A stretch of 64,000 nucleotides of DNA, taken from the NCBI RefSeq assembly GCF_016026235.1, contig NZ_CP065613.1; one strand, 5' to 3'. Position 1 is the first letter of the stretch, and each line of letters begins with the position of its first letter. Source of the DNA: Escherichia coli. Lineage in GTDB: Bacteria > Pseudomonadota > Gammaproteobacteria > Enterobacterales > Enterobacteriaceae. Under the pieces are notes generated by a model. The model saw nothing but the letters and a program-made list of their open reading frames with translations, did no database searches and was not told the DNA's origin. The translations under genes were made by a program, and so were the position numbers. This document shows positions 36,470 through 49,143 of this stretch, piece after piece.

Positions 36470-36801
36470 TGGCCTGCTTCAAACTTTCGCCCCTCCTGGC
36501 ATTGATTCAGCCTGTCGGAACTGGTATTTAACCAGACTAATTATTTTGATGCGCGAAATTAATCGTTACAGGAAAAGCCAAAGCTGAATCGATTTTATGA
36601 TTTGGTTCAATTCTTCCTTTAGCGGCATAATGTTTAATGACGTACGAAACGTCAGCGGTCAACACCCGCCAGCAATGGACTGTATTGCGCTCTTCGTGCG
36701 TCGCGTCTGTTAAAAACTGGCGCTAACAATACAGGCTAAAGTCGAACCGCCAGGCTAGACTTTAGTTCCACAACACTAAACCTATAAGTTGGGGAAATAC
36801 A
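36470..36801 (+). promoter_or_regulatory. ptsH upstream regulatory region
   Basis: 332-bp AT-rich non-coding region before ptsH; known in K-12 to hold multiple promoters and CRP sites, but individual sites not mapped here. Confidence 0.4.
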
Positions 36802-37059
36802 ATGTTCCAGCAAGAAGTTACCATTACCGCTCCGAACGGTCTGCACACCCGCCCTGCTGCCCAGTTTGTAAAAGAAGCTAAGGGCTTCACTTCTGAAATT
36901 ACTGTGACTTCCAACGGCAAAAGCGCCAGCGCGAAAAGCCTGTTTAAACTGCAGACTCTGGGCCTGACTCAAGGTACCGTTGTGACTATCTCCGCAGAAG
37001 GCGAAGACGAGCAGAAAGCGGTTGAACATCTGGTTAAACTGATGGCGGAACTCGAGTAA
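36802..37059 (+). CDS. ptsH: phosphocarrier protein HPr
   Basis: 85 aa [29 protein letters not shown] (His15 active site). Confidence 0.97.
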
Positions 37060-37103
37060 TTTCCCGGGTTCTTTTAAAAATCAGTCACAAGTAAGGTAGG
37101 GTT

Positions 37104-38831
37104 ATGATTTCAGGCATTTTAGCATCCCCGGGTATCGCTTTCGGTAAAGCTCTGCTTCTGAAAGAAGACGAAATTGTCATTGACCGGAAAAAAATTTCTG
37201 CCGACCAGGTTGATCAGGAAGTTGAACGTTTTCTGAGCGGTCGTGCCAAGGCATCAGCCCAGCTGGAAACGATCAAAACGAAAGCTGGTGAAACGTTCGG
37301 TGAAGAAAAAGAAGCCATCTTTGAAGGGCATATTATGCTGCTCGAAGATGAGGAGCTGGAGCAGGAAATCATAGCCCTGATTAAAGATAAACACATGACA
37401 GCTGACGCAGCTGCTCATGAAGTTATCGAAGGTCAGGCTTCTGCCCTGGAAGAGCTGGATGATGAATACCTGAAAGAACGTGCGGCTGACGTACGTGATA
37501 TCGGTAAGCGCCTGCTGCGCAACATCCTGGGCCTGAAGATTATCGACCTGAGCGCCATTCAGGATGAAGTCATTCTGGTTGCCGCTGACCTGACGCCGTC
37601 CGAAACCGCACAGCTGAACCTGAAGAAGGTGCTGGGTTTCATCACCGACGCGGGTGGCCGTACTTCCCACACCTCTATCATGGCGCGTTCTCTGGAACTG
37701 CCTGCTATCGTGGGTACCGGTAGCGTCACCTCTCAGGTGAAAAATGACGACTATCTGATTCTGGATGCCGTAAATAATCAGGTTTACGTCAATCCAACCA
37801 ACGAAGTTATTGATAAAATGCGCGCTGTTCAGGAGCAAGTGGCTTCTGAAAAAGCAGAGCTTGCTAAACTGAAAGATCTGCCAGCTATTACGCTGGACGG
37901 TCACCAGGTAGAAGTATGCGCTAACATTGGTACGGTTCGTGACGTTGAAGGTGCAGAGCGTAACGGCGCTGAAGGCGTTGGTCTGTATCGTACTGAGTTC
38001 CTGTTCATGGACCGCGACGCGCTGCCCACTGAAGAAGAACAGTTTGCTGCTTACAAAGCAGTGGCTGAAGCGTGTGGCTCGCAGGCGGTTATCGTTCGTA
38101 CCATGGACATCGGCGGCGACAAAGAGCTGCCATACATGAACTTCCCGAAAGAAGAGAACCCGTTCCTCGGCTGGCGCGCTATCCGTATCGCGATGGATCG
38201 TAAAGAGATCCTGCGCGATCAGCTCCGCGCTATCCTGCGTGCCTCGGCTTTCGGTAAATTGCGCATTATGTTCCCGATGATCATCTCTGTTGAAGAAGTG
38301 CGTGCACTGCGCAAAGAGATCGAAATCTACAAACAGGAACTGCGCGACGAAGGTAAAGCGTTTGACGAGTCAATTGAAATCGGCGTAATGGTGGAAACAC
38401 CGGCTGCCGCAACAATTGCACGTCATTTAGCCAAAGAAGTTGATTTCTTTAGTATCGGCACCAATGATTTAACGCAGTACACTCTGGCAGTTGACCGTGG
38501 TAATGATATGATTTCACACCTTTACCAGCCAATGTCACCGTCCGTGCTGAACTTGATCAAGCAAGTTATTGATGCTTCTCATGCTGAAGGCAAATGGACT
38601 GGCATGTGTGGTGAGCTTGCTGGCGATGAACGTGCTACACTTCTGTTGCTGGGGATGGGTCTGGACGAATTCTCTATGAGCGCCATTTCTATCCCGCGCA
38701 TTAAGAAGATTATCCGTAACACGAACTTCGAAGATGCGAAGGTGTTAGCAGAGCAGGCTCTTGCTCAACCGACAACAGACGAGTTAATGACGCTGGTTAA
38801 CAAGTTCATTGAAGAAAAAACAATCTGCTAA
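37104..38831 (+). CDS. ptsI: PTS enzyme I
   Basis: 575-aa ORF with [13 protein letters not shown] (His189) and PEP-binding domain. Confidence 0.97.
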   Translation: MISGILASPGIAFGKALLLKEDEIVIDRKKISADQVDQEVERFLSGRAKASAQLETIKTKAGETFGEEKEAIFEGHIMLLEDEELEQEIIALIKDKHMTADAAAHEVIEGQASALEELDDEYLKERAADVRDIGKRLLRNILGLKIIDLSAIQDEVILVAADLTPSETAQLNLKKVLGFITDAGGRTSHTSIMARSLELPAIVGTGSVTSQVKNDDYLILDAVNNQVYVNPTNEVIDKMRAVQEQVASEKAELAKLKDLPAITLDGHQVEVCANIGTVRDVEGAERNGAEGVGLYRTEFLFMDRDALPTEEEQFAAYKAVAEACGSQAVIVRTMDIGGDKELPYMNFPKEENPFLGWRAIRIAMDRKEILRDQLRAILRASAFGKLRIMFPMIISVEEVRALRKEIEIYKQELRDEGKAFDESIEIGVMVETPAAATIARHLAKEVDFFSIGTNDLTQYTLAVDRGNDMISHLYQPMSPSVLNLIKQVIDASHAEGKWTGMCGELAGDERATLLLLGMGLDEFSMSAISIPRIKKIIRNTNFEDAKVLAEQALAQPTTDELMTLVNKFIEEKTIC

Positions 38832-38871
38832 TCCACGAGATGCGGCCCAATTTACTGCTTAGGAGAAGATC

Positions 38872-39381
38872 ATGGGTTTGTTCGATAAACTGAAATCTCT
38901 GGTTTCCGACGACAAGAAGGATACCGGAACTATTGAGATCATTGCTCCGCTCTCTGGCGAGATCGTCAATATCGAAGACGTGCCGGATGTCGTTTTTGCG
39001 GAAAAAATCGTTGGTGATGGTATTGCTATCAAACCAACGGGTAACAAAATGGTCGCGCCTGTAGACGGTACCATTGGTAAAATCTTTGAAACCAACCACG
39101 CATTCTCTATCGAATCTGATAGCGGCGTTGAACTGTTCGTCCACTTCGGTATCGACACCGTTGAACTGAAAGGCGAAGGCTTCAAGCGTATTGCTGAAGA
39201 AGGTCAGCGCGTGAAAGTTGGCGATACTGTCATTGAATTTGATCTGCCGCTGCTGGAAGAGAAAGCCAAGTCTACCCTGACTCCGGTTGTTATCTCCAAC
39301 ATGGACGAAATCAAAGAACTGATCAAACTGTCCGGTAGCGTAACCGTGGGTGAAACCCCGGTTATCCGCATCAAGAAGTAA
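38872..39381 (+). CDS. crr: glucose-specific PTS EIIA (Crr)
   Basis: 169 aa [32 protein letters not shown]... Confidence 0.97.
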
Positions 39382-39403
39382 TTCTTGCCGCAGTGAAAAA
39401 TGG

Positions 39404-39415
39404 CGCCCATCGGCG
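39404..39415. repeat. 12-bp target-site duplication CGCCCATCGGCG (left copy)
   Basis: Same 12-mer at 40842-40853; removal restores the palindrome AAAAATGGCGCC-CATC-GGCGCCATTTTT. Confidence 0.85.
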
Positions 39416-40841
39416 TAATGCCAGTCAGTTAAGCAACTGACTGGCTCTTTTTCGGGGCTGTGGGGTATTTCCAGGGCCTCTCCTTTACCACTCTCGGGAA
39501 GGCCCTTCCCCTTCTCGTCGGTAATTTCACAAGTTGTCCCATACTTGCAAGATCGCGCATCAGCTCCGGTATACGTCCCGGTGAAGCGCCCTGCAATGTC
39601 ATCAGCATTCTCATCACCATTCCGCATGATTCTGAGAAACTCAGTTGATTCGGCCAGTAACCTTTCAGATGTTCCGCCATTTTAATCATCTGATATCTCA
39701 CCAGATTATAAGCCAGTAAGACACCCCACAGCTCTTGCTCCACAAGCTCCGGCTTTTTACTTCTCAGCGTCAGCCTGCTCAGTTGCATCGTCTGTTTTAT
39801 CTCCCTGTATCCCAGTTCGATTTCCCAGCGATGACTGTACAGATCCGCCATTTCTCCTCTGGGGAAGCGCATGGCGTCCGTCATCGACGTCAGCAGATGG
39901 CAGACTTTTCCTTTGCGCGTCACGGTCAGCAGGCGGGCTGTCACTTCATTTCCCAGTCCCGGCCACTTTTTTCGTGCCTGCGGGCTGGTTTTCAGCTTCA
40001 CCAGATGATCGCCTTTACCCAGTTTTCTGAGCTCTTCATATTGCGCTCCCTTTCTGAGAGGTATCATCCAGTGGCGGTGTTCTCCCGCCAGGCTCCAGGC
40101 ATTTAACAGTCCCAGTGAGTAATAACCTTTATCCATTAACGTCAGAGTGTTATCGCCGGTTTGTTCTATAAGTTGCTCAGCAAGCTCATTTTCGCTGTTC
40201 TTCATCGTGCCGAAGGCTGCAGCCGTCAGCAGATGGCTGGTCAGTTCCATCTGGCAGACCATTTTGACCTGCGGGTAGAGCGCCGGGTTCCCGGCATGTG
40301 TCTGGCGGGGGAAGGCTGCATCGTTCTCTGGTGTATCCGGTGTGCGCCAGAACACACCATCGATGGCCAACAGGGTCAGGCCGCACCAGTGCGGATGCGG
40401 CGTGGCGTTATGCCAGAGCTGCGCTGTTTTCGTGAACACGCGGCGGACAGCCTCACTTCCCAGGCGCTGGCGGGCCTGAATAACGGCACTGGGGGCAACG
40501 AAGGGGCGATTGCCCGGCAGCATGATGTCCAGGCGATTCACAATCTGGTGAAGAGGTTCTTTACGCTCAAGCGCCATGCCAACAATACACCAGACCATCA
40601 TTTCGAGGGGAAGACGGCGCTTGCGTAGCGTTACAGTACCTGATTCGGCAAGGCAACGAGAGATGAGTTCGGGGTCGAGGTAATCCCCCAGAGAAGTCAG
40701 TGGGTTACGCAGAGAATCGTAACGGGATACCAGATCAAGAGCCTGTCCAATGTGCATAAAAAAATCCGGAAACAAGTGAGCGTTTCCGGATTCTTACACA
40801 GCCACTGGATCGGTCAACTGATCCTTAACTGATCGGCATTA
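39416..40841 (-). mobile_element. IS4, 1426 bp
   Basis: Ends TAATGCCAGTCAGTTAAG... and ...CTTAACTGATCGGCATTA; 442-aa IS4-type transposase; 12-bp TSD; length equals canonical IS4. Confidence 0.9.
39429..40757 (-). CDS. insG: IS4 transposase
   Basis: 442 aa from [19 protein letters not shown]...; DDE/YREK motifs ([15 protein letters not shown]). Confidence 0.9.
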   Translation of the reverse strand: MHIGQALDLVSRYDSLRNPLTSLGDYLDPELISRCLAESGTVTLRKRRLPLEMMVWCIVGMALERKEPLHQIVNRLDIMLPGNRPFVAPSAVIQARQRLGSEAVRRVFTKTAQLWHNATPHPHWCGLTLLAIDGVFWRTPDTPENDAAFPRQTHAGNPALYPQVKMVCQMELTSHLLTAAAFGTMKNSENELAEQLIEQTGDNTLTLMDKGYYSLGLLNAWSLAGEHRHWMIPLRKGAQYEELRKLGKGDHLVKLKTSPQARKKWPGLGNEVTARLLTVTRKGKVCHLLTSMTDAMRFPRGEMADLYSHRWEIELGYREIKQTMQLSRLTLRSKKPELVEQELWGVLLAYNLVRYQMIKMAEHLKGYWPNQLSFSESCGMVMRMLMTLQGASPGRIPELMRDLASMGQLVKLPTRRGRAFPRVVKERPWKYPTAPKKSQSVA

Positions 40842-40853
40842 CGCCCATCGGCG
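40842..40853. repeat. 12-bp target-site duplication CGCCCATCGGCG (right copy)
   Basis: Matches 39404-39415. Confidence 0.85.
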
Positions 40854-40861
40854 CCATTTTT

Positions 40862-41713
40862 TTATGCTTCCGCCAGCGGCGGCAAAATCAATTCATCGCT
40901 CTCATGCTGCTGGGTGTAGCGCATCACTTCCAGTACGCGCAACCCCGCGCGGTGCACCGCATCGGTTAACGCCTTCCCTTTCAGCAAGCCACTGATGAGC
41001 TGAGCACAAAACTGGTCGCCAGTCCCTTTCAGGTCGGTTTTTACCCGTGAATGGGAAATGACATTCACGCTGTCGGCAGTGACCACCACAACCTGCATCT
41101 CCTGATTTTCTTCATTACCGGAGGCGCTGGTAATCACCACCCATTTTAGTGTGTCTGAAAGCAGACTTTTTGCGGCAGCAATGGCACTGTCGAGATCGCG
41201 GCAATTTTTACCGGTCAGGATTTCCAGCTCAAAGATATTGGGGGTAATTCCCTGCGCCAGCGGCAGTAAATATTGTCGATACGCCTCGGGAAGGTCAGGT
41301 TTGACATAAATTCCGCTATCAATATCGCCAATCACCGGATCGACCATGATCAATAGATCAGGATGGTCTTTGCGTAGCGCAGTCAGCCACTCGGCAAGGA
41401 TTTTGATTTGCGATGCCGTTCCCATATAGCCCGTGGTTACAGCACGAAGTTGGCGCAGCGCATCACGCTCCTGAAGCGCACGCAAATAGCCGCTAAACCA
41501 TTCGTCCGGAATCGCACCACCGTAGAAAGTGTCATAATGCGGCGTATTGCTCAGCAATACCGTCGGCACGGCAAAGACATTCAGGCCGTTCTGTTTGATA
41601 GCAGGCACGGCAATGCTGTTGCCTACGCTGCCGTACACTACCTGCGACTGCACGGCGACGATATCCGCCTGCAGTGCCCTGCTCTTATCGTTAAACAACA
41701 ACAAACTACTCAT
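40862..41713 (-). CDS. pdxK: pyridoxal/pyridoxine/pyridoxamine kinase
   Basis: 283-aa ribokinase-superfamily ORF ([33 protein letters not shown]). Confidence 0.9.
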   Translation of the reverse strand: MSSLLLFNDKSRALQADIVAVQSQVVYGSVGNSIAVPAIKQNGLNVFAVPTVLLSNTPHYDTFYGGAIPDEWFSGYLRALQERDALRQLRAVTTGYMGTASQIKILAEWLTALRKDHPDLLIMVDPVIGDIDSGIYVKPDLPEAYRQYLLPLAQGITPNIFELEILTGKNCRDLDSAIAAAKSLLSDTLKWVVITSASGNEENQEMQVVVVTADSVNVISHSRVKTDLKGTGDQFCAQLISGLLKGKALTDAVHRAGLRVLEVMRYTQQHESDELILPPLAEA

Positions 41714-41751
41714 TTAATTTTTTCTCCTTGCCGATGATCCTCATCGTATTA

Positions 41752-42186
<435 letters not shown>

Positions 42187-42188
42187 TC

Positions 42189-43100
42189 TTAAATCCCCGC
42201 CCCCTGACTAAAATGCTCTTCCCCAAACACCCCGGTGGAAAGGTAGCGATCGCCACGATCGCAGATGATCGCTACCACCACCGCACCAGGGTTAGCTTTT
42301 GCCACCCGCAGTGCTCCGGCAACCGCGCCGCCGGAGCTGACGCCACAGAATATTCCTTCCCGCACCGCCAGTTCGCGCATGGTGTTTTCCGCATCGCGCT
42401 GATGAATATCCAGCACCTCATCCACCAGCGAAGCGTTGAAAATCCCCGGCAGATATTCCGTAGGCCAGCGGCGAATGCCGGGAATGCTGCTGCCCTCTTC
42501 CGGTTGCAGGCCGACAATGGTCACCGGTTTGGATTGTTCGCGCATAAAGCGTGACACGCCGGTGATAGTGCCGGTTGTTCCCATGCTGGAGACAAAATGG
42601 GTAATGCGCCCGCCAGTTTGCTGCCAGATTTCCGGCCCGGTAGTGGTGTAATGGGCGTAAGGGTTATCGGGATTATTGAACTGATCGAGCAGCTTTCCTT
42701 CACCACGATTCGCCATCTCCAGCGCCAGATCGCGCGCACCTTCCATGCCCTGCTCTTTGGTGACAAGAATCAGTTCCGCACCATAAGCACGCATCGCCGC
42801 ACGACGTTCCTGGCTCATGTTGTCGGGCATCAGCAATTTCATGCGATAGCCTTTAAGCGCGGCAATCATTGCCAGCGCAATGCCGGTGTTACCACTGGTG
42901 GCTTCGATTAACACATCACCCGGTTTAATTTCCCCGCGCTTTTCCGCCTCGACGATCATCGAAAGCGCCGCACGATCTTTTACCGAACCTGCCGGGTTAT
43001 TGCCTTCCAGTTTTAACCACACTTCACTGCCGTTATTCGGCCCCATTCGCTGCAACTTCACCAGAGGCGTATTGCCTATTGTTTGTTCTAATGTACTCAC
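42189..43100 (-). CDS. cysM: cysteine synthase B
   Basis: 303 aa from (V)STLEQTIGNTPLVKLQRMGP..., PLP enzyme paralogous to cysK. Confidence 0.9.
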   Translation of the reverse strand: MSTLEQTIGNTPLVKLQRMGPNNGSEVWLKLEGNNPAGSVKDRAALSMIVEAEKRGEIKPGDVLIEATSGNTGIALAMIAALKGYRMKLLMPDNMSQERRAAMRAYGAELILVTKEQGMEGARDLALEMANRGEGKLLDQFNNPDNPYAHYTTTGPEIWQQTGGRITHFVSSMGTTGTITGVSRFMREQSKPVTIVGLQPEEGSSIPGIRRWPTEYLPGIFNASLVDEVLDIHQRDAENTMRELAVREGIFCGVSSGGAVAGALRVAKANPGAVVVAIICDRGDRYLSTGVFGEEHFSQGAGI

Positions 43101-43123
43101 GATCTCTATCCATACGTGGTGTT

Positions 43124-43162
43124 GCCTGATGCGACGCTTGCGCGTCTTATCAGGTCTACAGG
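43124..43162. repeat. REP element between cysA and cysM
   Basis: GCCTGATGCGACGCTTGCGCGTCTTATCAGGTCTACAGG. Confidence 0.75.
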
Positions 43163-43233
43163 TTACAAACCTTGCCATTAAAAAGCCCGGATCGCGGGAA
43201 GCGCCTCCGGGCGTTTAACATTCACTCAACCTA

Positions 43234-44331
43234 TCAGGCGCTTTGTGCGAGAGCAAGTTCCTCATCGCGGGTTTCGATACGCTCGTCGCCGTTATACAGC
43301 CGCGCATGTTGCAGACCAACGAATAAACGCTCGCCACGCTGCGGGGCATCGTCGCCATGCATCACGACCGTCAGCGGTTCGTTGTACCACCCCAGCGGCT
43401 GCACCACTAATTGGGTGTAGTGACCTTTCGGGCTGGCTTCCAGTACCTGTACCGGCAGCGGCGAATCGAGACTGGTACGGCGGCTGATATCCACTTCCCA
43501 AGGGCGCAGAAAGAGATCCACCGGCCCCTGATACGCAGGTGTGTAGCCCAGCGGCCAGCGATGCGCGCCAACATGGAACTGCCCGCCGCGAATGGTTCCC
43601 TGCAGGCGGTTCACTTCGCCCATAAATTCGAGCACAAAACGGGTCGCCGGTTCGCGCCATACCTGATCCGGCGCGTCAGCCTGTTCAATATTGCCCTGGC
43701 TCATCACAACTACACGATCAGCTACTTCGGTCGCTTCTTCCTGATCGTGGGTCACAAAAACGCTGGTGAATTTTAGTTCTTCATGGAGTTGACGCAGCCA
43801 GCGACGCAGCTCTTTACGCACCTGCGCATCCAGCGCGCCAAACGGTTCATCAAGCAGCAGAATTTGCGGTTCTACAGCAAGCGCACGCGCCAGCGCTACA
43901 CGCTGTTTCTGGCCGCCGGAAAGCTGCGCCGGATAACGATCCGCCAGATGGGCAAGCTGGACCATTTCCAGCAATTTTGTCACTTTCGCTTTGATGGCTG
44001 CGGCATTCGGGCGCTCGCGACGCGGCAGCACCGTCAGGCCAAAAGCGATATTGTCGAACACCGTCATATGGCGGAACAGCGCGTAATGCTGGAACACGAA
44101 ACCGACTTTACGATCACGTGCGTGCAGGCGGCTCACGTCGGTGCCGTGGAAGCGAATATGCCCGCTGGTTTGATGCTCCAGCCCAGCGATAATGCGCAGC
44201 AGCGTGGTTTTCCCGGAACCGGACGGCCCCAGCAACGCGACCATCTGACCTGAAGGAATATCCAGTGAGATATCGTTCAGCACCTGGGTGCGACCAAACG
44301 ACTTCTTAATATTGGCAATCTCAATGCTCAT
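43234..44331 (-). CDS. cysA: sulfate/thiosulfate ABC transporter ATPase
   Basis: 365-aa ORF with Walker A (GPSGSGKTT), ABC signature (LSGGQKQR) and Walker B. Confidence 0.95.
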   Translation of the reverse strand: MSIEIANIKKSFGRTQVLNDISLDIPSGQMVALLGPSGSGKTTLLRIIAGLEHQTSGHIRFHGTDVSRLHARDRKVGFVFQHYALFRHMTVFDNIAFGLTVLPRRERPNAAAIKAKVTKLLEMVQLAHLADRYPAQLSGGQKQRVALARALAVEPQILLLDEPFGALDAQVRKELRRWLRQLHEELKFTSVFVTHDQEEATEVADRVVVMSQGNIEQADAPDQVWREPATRFVLEFMGEVNRLQGTIRGGQFHVGAHRWPLGYTPAYQGPVDLFLRPWEVDISRRTSLDSPLPVQVLEASPKGHYTQLVVQPLGWYNEPLTVVMHGDDAPQRGERLFVGLQHARLYNGDERIETRDEELALAQSA

Positions 44332-45196
44332 GATGTTCCTCCTGCTGTGCGCGTTTTTCCTGATTCTCCAGGCGCCACTGCAACATACTTTTTAAAAACA
44401 GGGTGATAATCGCCATCAGCGTTAACAGCGCCGCAGCGGTAAAGGAGCCGACGGTGTTGTAGTCCTGCTCCAGCAATTCAATCTGTAACGGCAGCGACAG
44501 GGTTTCGCCGCGAATCGAGCCGGAAACCACCGACACCGCGCCAAACTCGCCAATTGCGCGGGCGTTGGTCAACACCACGCCATAAAGCAGCGCCCAGCGA
44601 ATGTTCGGCAATGTGACGCGGCGAAACATCTGCCAGCCAGACGCGCCAAGCAAAATCGCCGCTTCGTCTTCCTGGCTGCCCTGGCTTAACATCACCGGCA
44701 CCAGCTCGCGCACCACAAAAGGACACGTCACAAAGATGGTGACCAGCACCATTCCCGGCCAGGAGAACATAATTTGCAGATTATGTTCATCCAGCCAGCC
44801 GCCCAGCGGGCCGTTGGAGCCGTAGAACAGCAGATACACCAGACCGGCAACCACCGGTGACACGGCAAAAGGAATGTCCAGTAGCGTCAGCAGTAACTGG
44901 CGTCCGGGGAAGTTAAAGCGCGTCACCAGCCAGGCCAGCAGAATGCCGAACACCAGGTTCACCGGTACGGCAATCAGCGCAATCATCACCGTCAGCCAAA
45001 TCGCGTGCAACATGTCCGGATCGGCCAGATTCTGTAAAACCGGCATCAGCCCCTTGCTGAATGCCTGCACGAAGATGTAAATCATCGGCACCAGCAGGAT
45101 GAACGCCGAAACCAGCATCCCGATGCCAATTAGAAACCATTTGCCCCAGTTAATCGGGCGCGCGTCATAACGCTTCAATTGGGTAACTTCCGCCAT
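44321..45196 (-). CDS. cysW: sulfate/thiosulfate ABC transporter permease
   Basis: 291-aa permease ORF; operon position. Confidence 0.9.
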   Translation of the reverse strand: MAEVTQLKRYDARPINWGKWFLIGIGMLVSAFILLVPMIYIFVQAFSKGLMPVLQNLADPDMLHAIWLTVMIALIAVPVNLVFGILLAWLVTRFNFPGRQLLLTLLDIPFAVSPVVAGLVYLLFYGSNGPLGGWLDEHNLQIMFSWPGMVLVTIFVTCPFVVRELVPVMLSQGSQEDEAAILLGASGWQMFRRVTLPNIRWALLYGVVLTNARAIGEFGAVSVVSGSIRGETLSLPLQIELLEQDYNTVGSFTAAALLTLMAIITLFLKSMLQWRLENQEKRAQQEEHHEH

Positions 45197-46029
45197 TAAT
45201 GACCTACCACACGCCGACCAAAGCGACTTTGCAGAGTGTTAATTGAGAACAGCAGCAGCAGAGATGCCGCGAGGATCACCGAAGCAATCGCGCTCGCCGC
45301 CGGGTAATCAAACTCCTGCAAGCGCACAAAAATCATCAGCGACGTCACTTCCGTCTTCCAGGCGATGTTCCCGGCGATAAATATCACCGCGCCAAACTCA
45401 CCAAGACTACGGGTAAACGACAACGCCACACCCGCCACCAGCGCCGGAGAAAGTTCCGGCAGCACCACTTTGCAGAAACTCTGCCAGCGCGTTGCACCAA
45501 GCGTTTCCGCCGCTTCTTCATATTCCGGGCCTAACTCTTCCAGCACCGGCTGCACGGTACGCACCACAAACGGAATGCTGGTAAAGGCCATCGCCACCGC
45601 AATCCCAAGCCAGGTGTAGGTGACTTTGATATCAAACTTCGCCAGCCATTCACCGTAAAAACCGTTCACGGAAAAGAGCGAGGCCAGCGTTAAACCGGCG
45701 ACTGCCGTTGGCAGCGCAAAGGGTAAATCCATCAGCGCATCAAGCAGCGTGCGGCCAGGGAAGCGATAACGAGTTAAGATCCACGCCATCAGCAGACCGA
45801 AAACGCCGTTAAAAATCGATGCCACAAACGCCGACAGCAGCGTCACTTTGTAGGCTGCGACCACCTGCGGGTTGGTGATCACCTCCCAGTACTGCGCCCA
45901 GCTCATCTGGGCCAGCTGCATCACCAGCGCGGAGAGTGGCAGGAGCAAAATCAGGCAAACAAACAGCAGACTGGTGCCGAGGCTTAAGGTAAAGCCCGGC
46001 AGCACGCGTCTTGATGAAACTGCAAACAT
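45196..46029 (-). CDS. cysU: sulfate/thiosulfate ABC transporter permease
   Basis: 277-aa permease ORF. Confidence 0.9.
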   Translation of the reverse strand: MFAVSSRRVLPGFTLSLGTSLLFVCLILLLPLSALVMQLAQMSWAQYWEVITNPQVVAAYKVTLLSAFVASIFNGVFGLLMAWILTRYRFPGRTLLDALMDLPFALPTAVAGLTLASLFSVNGFYGEWLAKFDIKVTYTWLGIAVAMAFTSIPFVVRTVQPVLEELGPEYEEAAETLGATRWQSFCKVVLPELSPALVAGVALSFTRSLGEFGAVIFIAGNIAWKTEVTSLMIFVRLQEFDYPAASAIASVILAASLLLLFSINTLQSRFGRRVVGH

Positions 46030-47045
46030 TAATTACGCCCCGCCGCTAACAGCTTGTCTAACTCGCCGCCGCTGGTGAAGTGGGTTTTCATCACTTCCGG
46101 CCAGGAGCCAAATTTGTCTTCCACGCGGAACAGCTCGGTCTGCGGGAATTTGTTTTTCAGTTTGTCCATGACTTCCGGGTTATTTACGCGGTAGTAATAG
46201 TCGGTGATGATGGTCTGCGCCTGCGGGCTGTAGAGCCAGTTCAGGTAGGCTTTTGCTGCTTTTTCCGTACCGTTGGCCTGCACGTTTTTATCGACCCACG
46301 CCACCGGGAATTCCGCCAGAATGTTGGTTTTCGGAATCACCACTTCAAAGCCCTGCGCTTCATACTGTTTGCGGATGTTGTTCACTTCCGACTCGAAGCT
46401 GATCAGCACATCGCCCAGGCCGCGCTCGGCAAAAGTGGTGGTCGCGCCACGACCGCCAGTATCGAACACTTCAACGTTTTTCAGGAACTGGGTCATAAAC
46501 TGTTCGGTTTTGGCTTTGTCGCCACCGTCAGCTTTATCCGCTGCGCCCCATGCCGCCAGATAGGTATAACGCGCGTTACCCGACGTTTTCGGGTTCGGGA
46601 AAATCAGCTTCACGTCGGAGCGCACCAGGTCGTTCCAGTCGTGGATATTCTTCGGGTTGCCCTTACGCACCAGGAAGCCCATGGTGGAGTAGAACGGCGA
46701 GCTATTATTCGGCAGGCGCGACTGCCAGTCCGCCGGGATAAGCTTGCCTTTATCGTGCAGAATTTGTACGTCGGTCACCTGGTTATAAGTGACAACGTCG
46801 GCTTTTAAGCCCTGCAAAATTGCCAGCGCCTGTTTTGATGACCCGGCATGAGATTGTTTTATCGTCAGTTTGTCGCCGCCGTTATCTTTGGCCCATTGCT
46901 GTTCAAACGGCGGGTTCAGGGCGGCAAACAGCTCGCGGGAGACGTCATAAGAACTGTTCAGCAGTTCCGTTGCCTGTACATGGCCCGCCAGCAGCAGAGA
47001 AGCGACCAGCGCGAGTGAGTTCTTTTTCAGTAAGTTAACGGCCAT
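46029..47045 (-). CDS. cysP: thiosulfate/sulfate periplasmic binding protein
   Basis: 338-aa ORF with signal peptide. Confidence 0.9.
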   Translation of the reverse strand: MAVNLLKKNSLALVASLLLAGHVQATELLNSSYDVSRELFAALNPPFEQQWAKDNGGDKLTIKQSHAGSSKQALAILQGLKADVVTYNQVTDVQILHDKGKLIPADWQSRLPNNSSPFYSTMGFLVRKGNPKNIHDWNDLVRSDVKLIFPNPKTSGNARYTYLAAWGAADKADGGDKAKTEQFMTQFLKNVEVFDTGGRGATTTFAERGLGDVLISFESEVNNIRKQYEAQGFEVVIPKTNILAEFPVAWVDKNVQANGTEKAAKAYLNWLYSPQAQTIITDYYYRVNNPEVMDKLKNKFPQTELFRVEDKFGSWPEVMKTHFTSGGELDKLLAAGRN

Positions 47046-47202
47046 TGCGCACCCTTATAAATTTAATGACTTTCTAATAGCCATCATATTTATAACGGAC
47101 GTGAAAGGAGTAACGGTTTTATATACCGTTTGGTGATTTGGAAGTTGAAAAGGGAATAAGACGAAATCCTCCCCACACATGCAGGGAGGAAACAGAGGTG
47201 AA
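47046..47202 (-). promoter_or_regulatory. cysP upstream regulatory region
   Basis: AT-rich non-coding region ahead of the cysPUWAM operon; K-12 literature places CysB sites here, not mapped individually. Confidence 0.4.
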
Positions 47203-47994
47203 TCAGATACCGACGCTGACCGTCTCCGGCAGTGTGCTGCCGCCATCAATCACATTCTGTGTACCGGTTAAATAGCTGGATTCATCCGATGCGAGGAAGG
47301 CCGCCAGTTCGCCGACTTCCAGCGGATCGGCGAGGCGACGCAGCGGGATTGCTTTTGCCATTTCAGTCAGCACCGACTCTGGATCTTCCGGGTTCGACTG
47401 GCGGGCAATGCTTTCCGCCATTGGCGTGCGGACGTATCCCGGGCAGATGGCGTTAACGCGAATACCAGACTGCGCGTACTCTACCGCCAGCGATTTAGTC
47501 AGGCCAATAATCGCCGCTTTCGTTAAGGCGTACGCCGTTTCACCCGGATCGGCCACCATATCGCCAGTGACCGAAGACATCATCACAATGCGACCATCTT
47601 TGCGGGCAATCATCTCCGGCAGCACCGCCTTCGTGACGTTCCATACGCCTTTAATATTGATATCAATATGGAAATCGCGATCGTCATCGCTCATATCGAG
47701 GAAACTGCCCAGACGACAAACGCCTGCGTTATTCACCAGGATATCAATGCGCCCTTCTTTTTCCTTCGCGCGTTTGATAGCTGCGGCTACCGACGCCGGG
47801 TCACGCACATCGGCGACAACCGCCGTACAGCGATGACCACGACCACACAGTTCGTCCGCCAGCTTTTCGATCTCAGGGGAGATATCCAGCAAGATTAGGT
47901 TTGCGCCATGACGCGCAAAAGTTCTGGCAACTCCTTCGCCAATTCCCTGCAATGCGCCCGTAATCAGTGCTGTCTTGCCCGTGAGTTTACCCAT
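47203..47994 (-). CDS. ucpA: short-chain dehydrogenase/reductase
   Basis: 263 aa from MGKLTGKTALITGALQGIGEG (Rossmann TGxxxGxG). Confidence 0.85.
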   Translation of the reverse strand: MGKLTGKTALITGALQGIGEGVARTFARHGANLILLDISPEIEKLADELCGRGHRCTAVVADVRDPASVAAAIKRAKEKEGRIDILVNNAGVCRLGSFLDMSDDDRDFHIDINIKGVWNVTKAVLPEMIARKDGRIVMMSSVTGDMVADPGETAYALTKAAIIGLTKSLAVEYAQSGIRVNAICPGYVRTPMAESIARQSNPEDPESVLTEMAKAIPLRRLADPLEVGELAAFLASDESSYLTGTQNVIDGGSTLPETVSVGI

Positions 47995-48122
47995 TTTAAA
48001 GCTCTCCTTGTTAATACAGAGCGTTACACTCCATTCCCTCTGAAAATACAGGATAAACAAAATATTGCTGCGGATCAGCTCACTAATTCAGGAAAATCTC
48101 AATCCAGTCGCTGCTTTATGCA

Positions 48123-48980
48123 TCATTTCAGGCGTTGTGTTAGCTCACTGCTGCGCTGAATCATTTTCAATGACTCCACATCATTGAGTTGCACAAGACC
48201 AACAAACAGTAAATCGGTAACAGAATTTTGCGCCGTGCGGGTAGACATCGACGAGCTACGCCATTCGGTTTCACCGGAAACGGTATCGAGCGTGAAATGC
48301 GCCAGCCGCCGCAGCGGAGAGTCAGCCAGAGAAGTAATGGCAATCACCGTTGCCCCCTGCTTTCGTGCCGCTTCTGCGCACAAGACAATCTCTTTTTTAC
48401 TGCCGCTGTAAGAGATAGCGATTTGTACATCGCCTTTTTTCAACGCCTGGGAAACGGTGGCTTGTACGTGCGTGTCGGCTTCGCAGGCCACGCGATAGCC
48501 AATTTTCATCAGTTTGAACGACAGATCGCGCCCCACCAGCGCCGATCCGCCCAGGCCCGTTATCTGGATAAACGGTGCTTTACTGATGACCTCAATGATT
48601 TTTTGCAGCCGCGCGTAGTCGAACAACGCACAGGTTTGCTCCAGCGCCAGCTCTTTTTCGCGATTCAATTTGCGGGCAATCACTTCCAGCGAATCATCAC
48701 TGGTAATCGAACTGTGCAGGTGCAGCGCCGTGGCATTCGTTTTCTCCCGGCTGGCACTGTATTCGCCAATTAACGCCATACGCAATTCAGTAAATCCTTG
48801 CGCGCCGAGCTTCTGGGCAAATTTCACAATACTCGACTGGCTGATGCCGAGCTGTTTCGCCATCTTGCGCGAAGAGACGGATTTCAGCTCACTCACGTTG
48901 GCCCGCAGAAAGTCAGCAATTTTTTGCTCGTTCTCGGTAAATTCACTTTCCGCATTGCGTATTTTCGTCAGGTACAACAT
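48123..48980 (-). CDS. murR: RpiR-family repressor with SIS domain (MurNAc-6-P responsive)
   Basis: 285 aa from [14 protein letters not shown]...; HTH plus SIS domain; divergent from murQ. Confidence 0.85.
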   Translation of the reverse strand: MLYLTKIRNAESEFTENEQKIADFLRANVSELKSVSSRKMAKQLGISQSSIVKFAQKLGAQGFTELRMALIGEYSASREKTNATALHLHSSITSDDSLEVIARKLNREKELALEQTCALFDYARLQKIIEVISKAPFIQITGLGGSALVGRDLSFKLMKIGYRVACEADTHVQATVSQALKKGDVQIAISYSGSKKEIVLCAEAARKQGATVIAITSLADSPLRRLAHFTLDTVSGETEWRSSSMSTRTAQNSVTDLLFVGLVQLNDVESLKMIQRSSELTQRLK

Positions 48981-49143
48981 CTTCCACTCTCCTGGGCTGG
49001 CAGCAAAAATTCCGCTTAAGTTCTTATGACGCTCTTCACACTCTGCGAGTGTAGACTCAATGATTCCTTTAAGTCTGTCAATTCGGGATATATGATTCCA
49101 TACATCTGCAATTATTTGATCGTAAATAGTAAGGTCACCACCG
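48981..49143. promoter_or_regulatory. murR-murQ divergent intergenic control region
   Basis: 163-bp region between divergently transcribed regulator and target operon. Confidence 0.45.
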
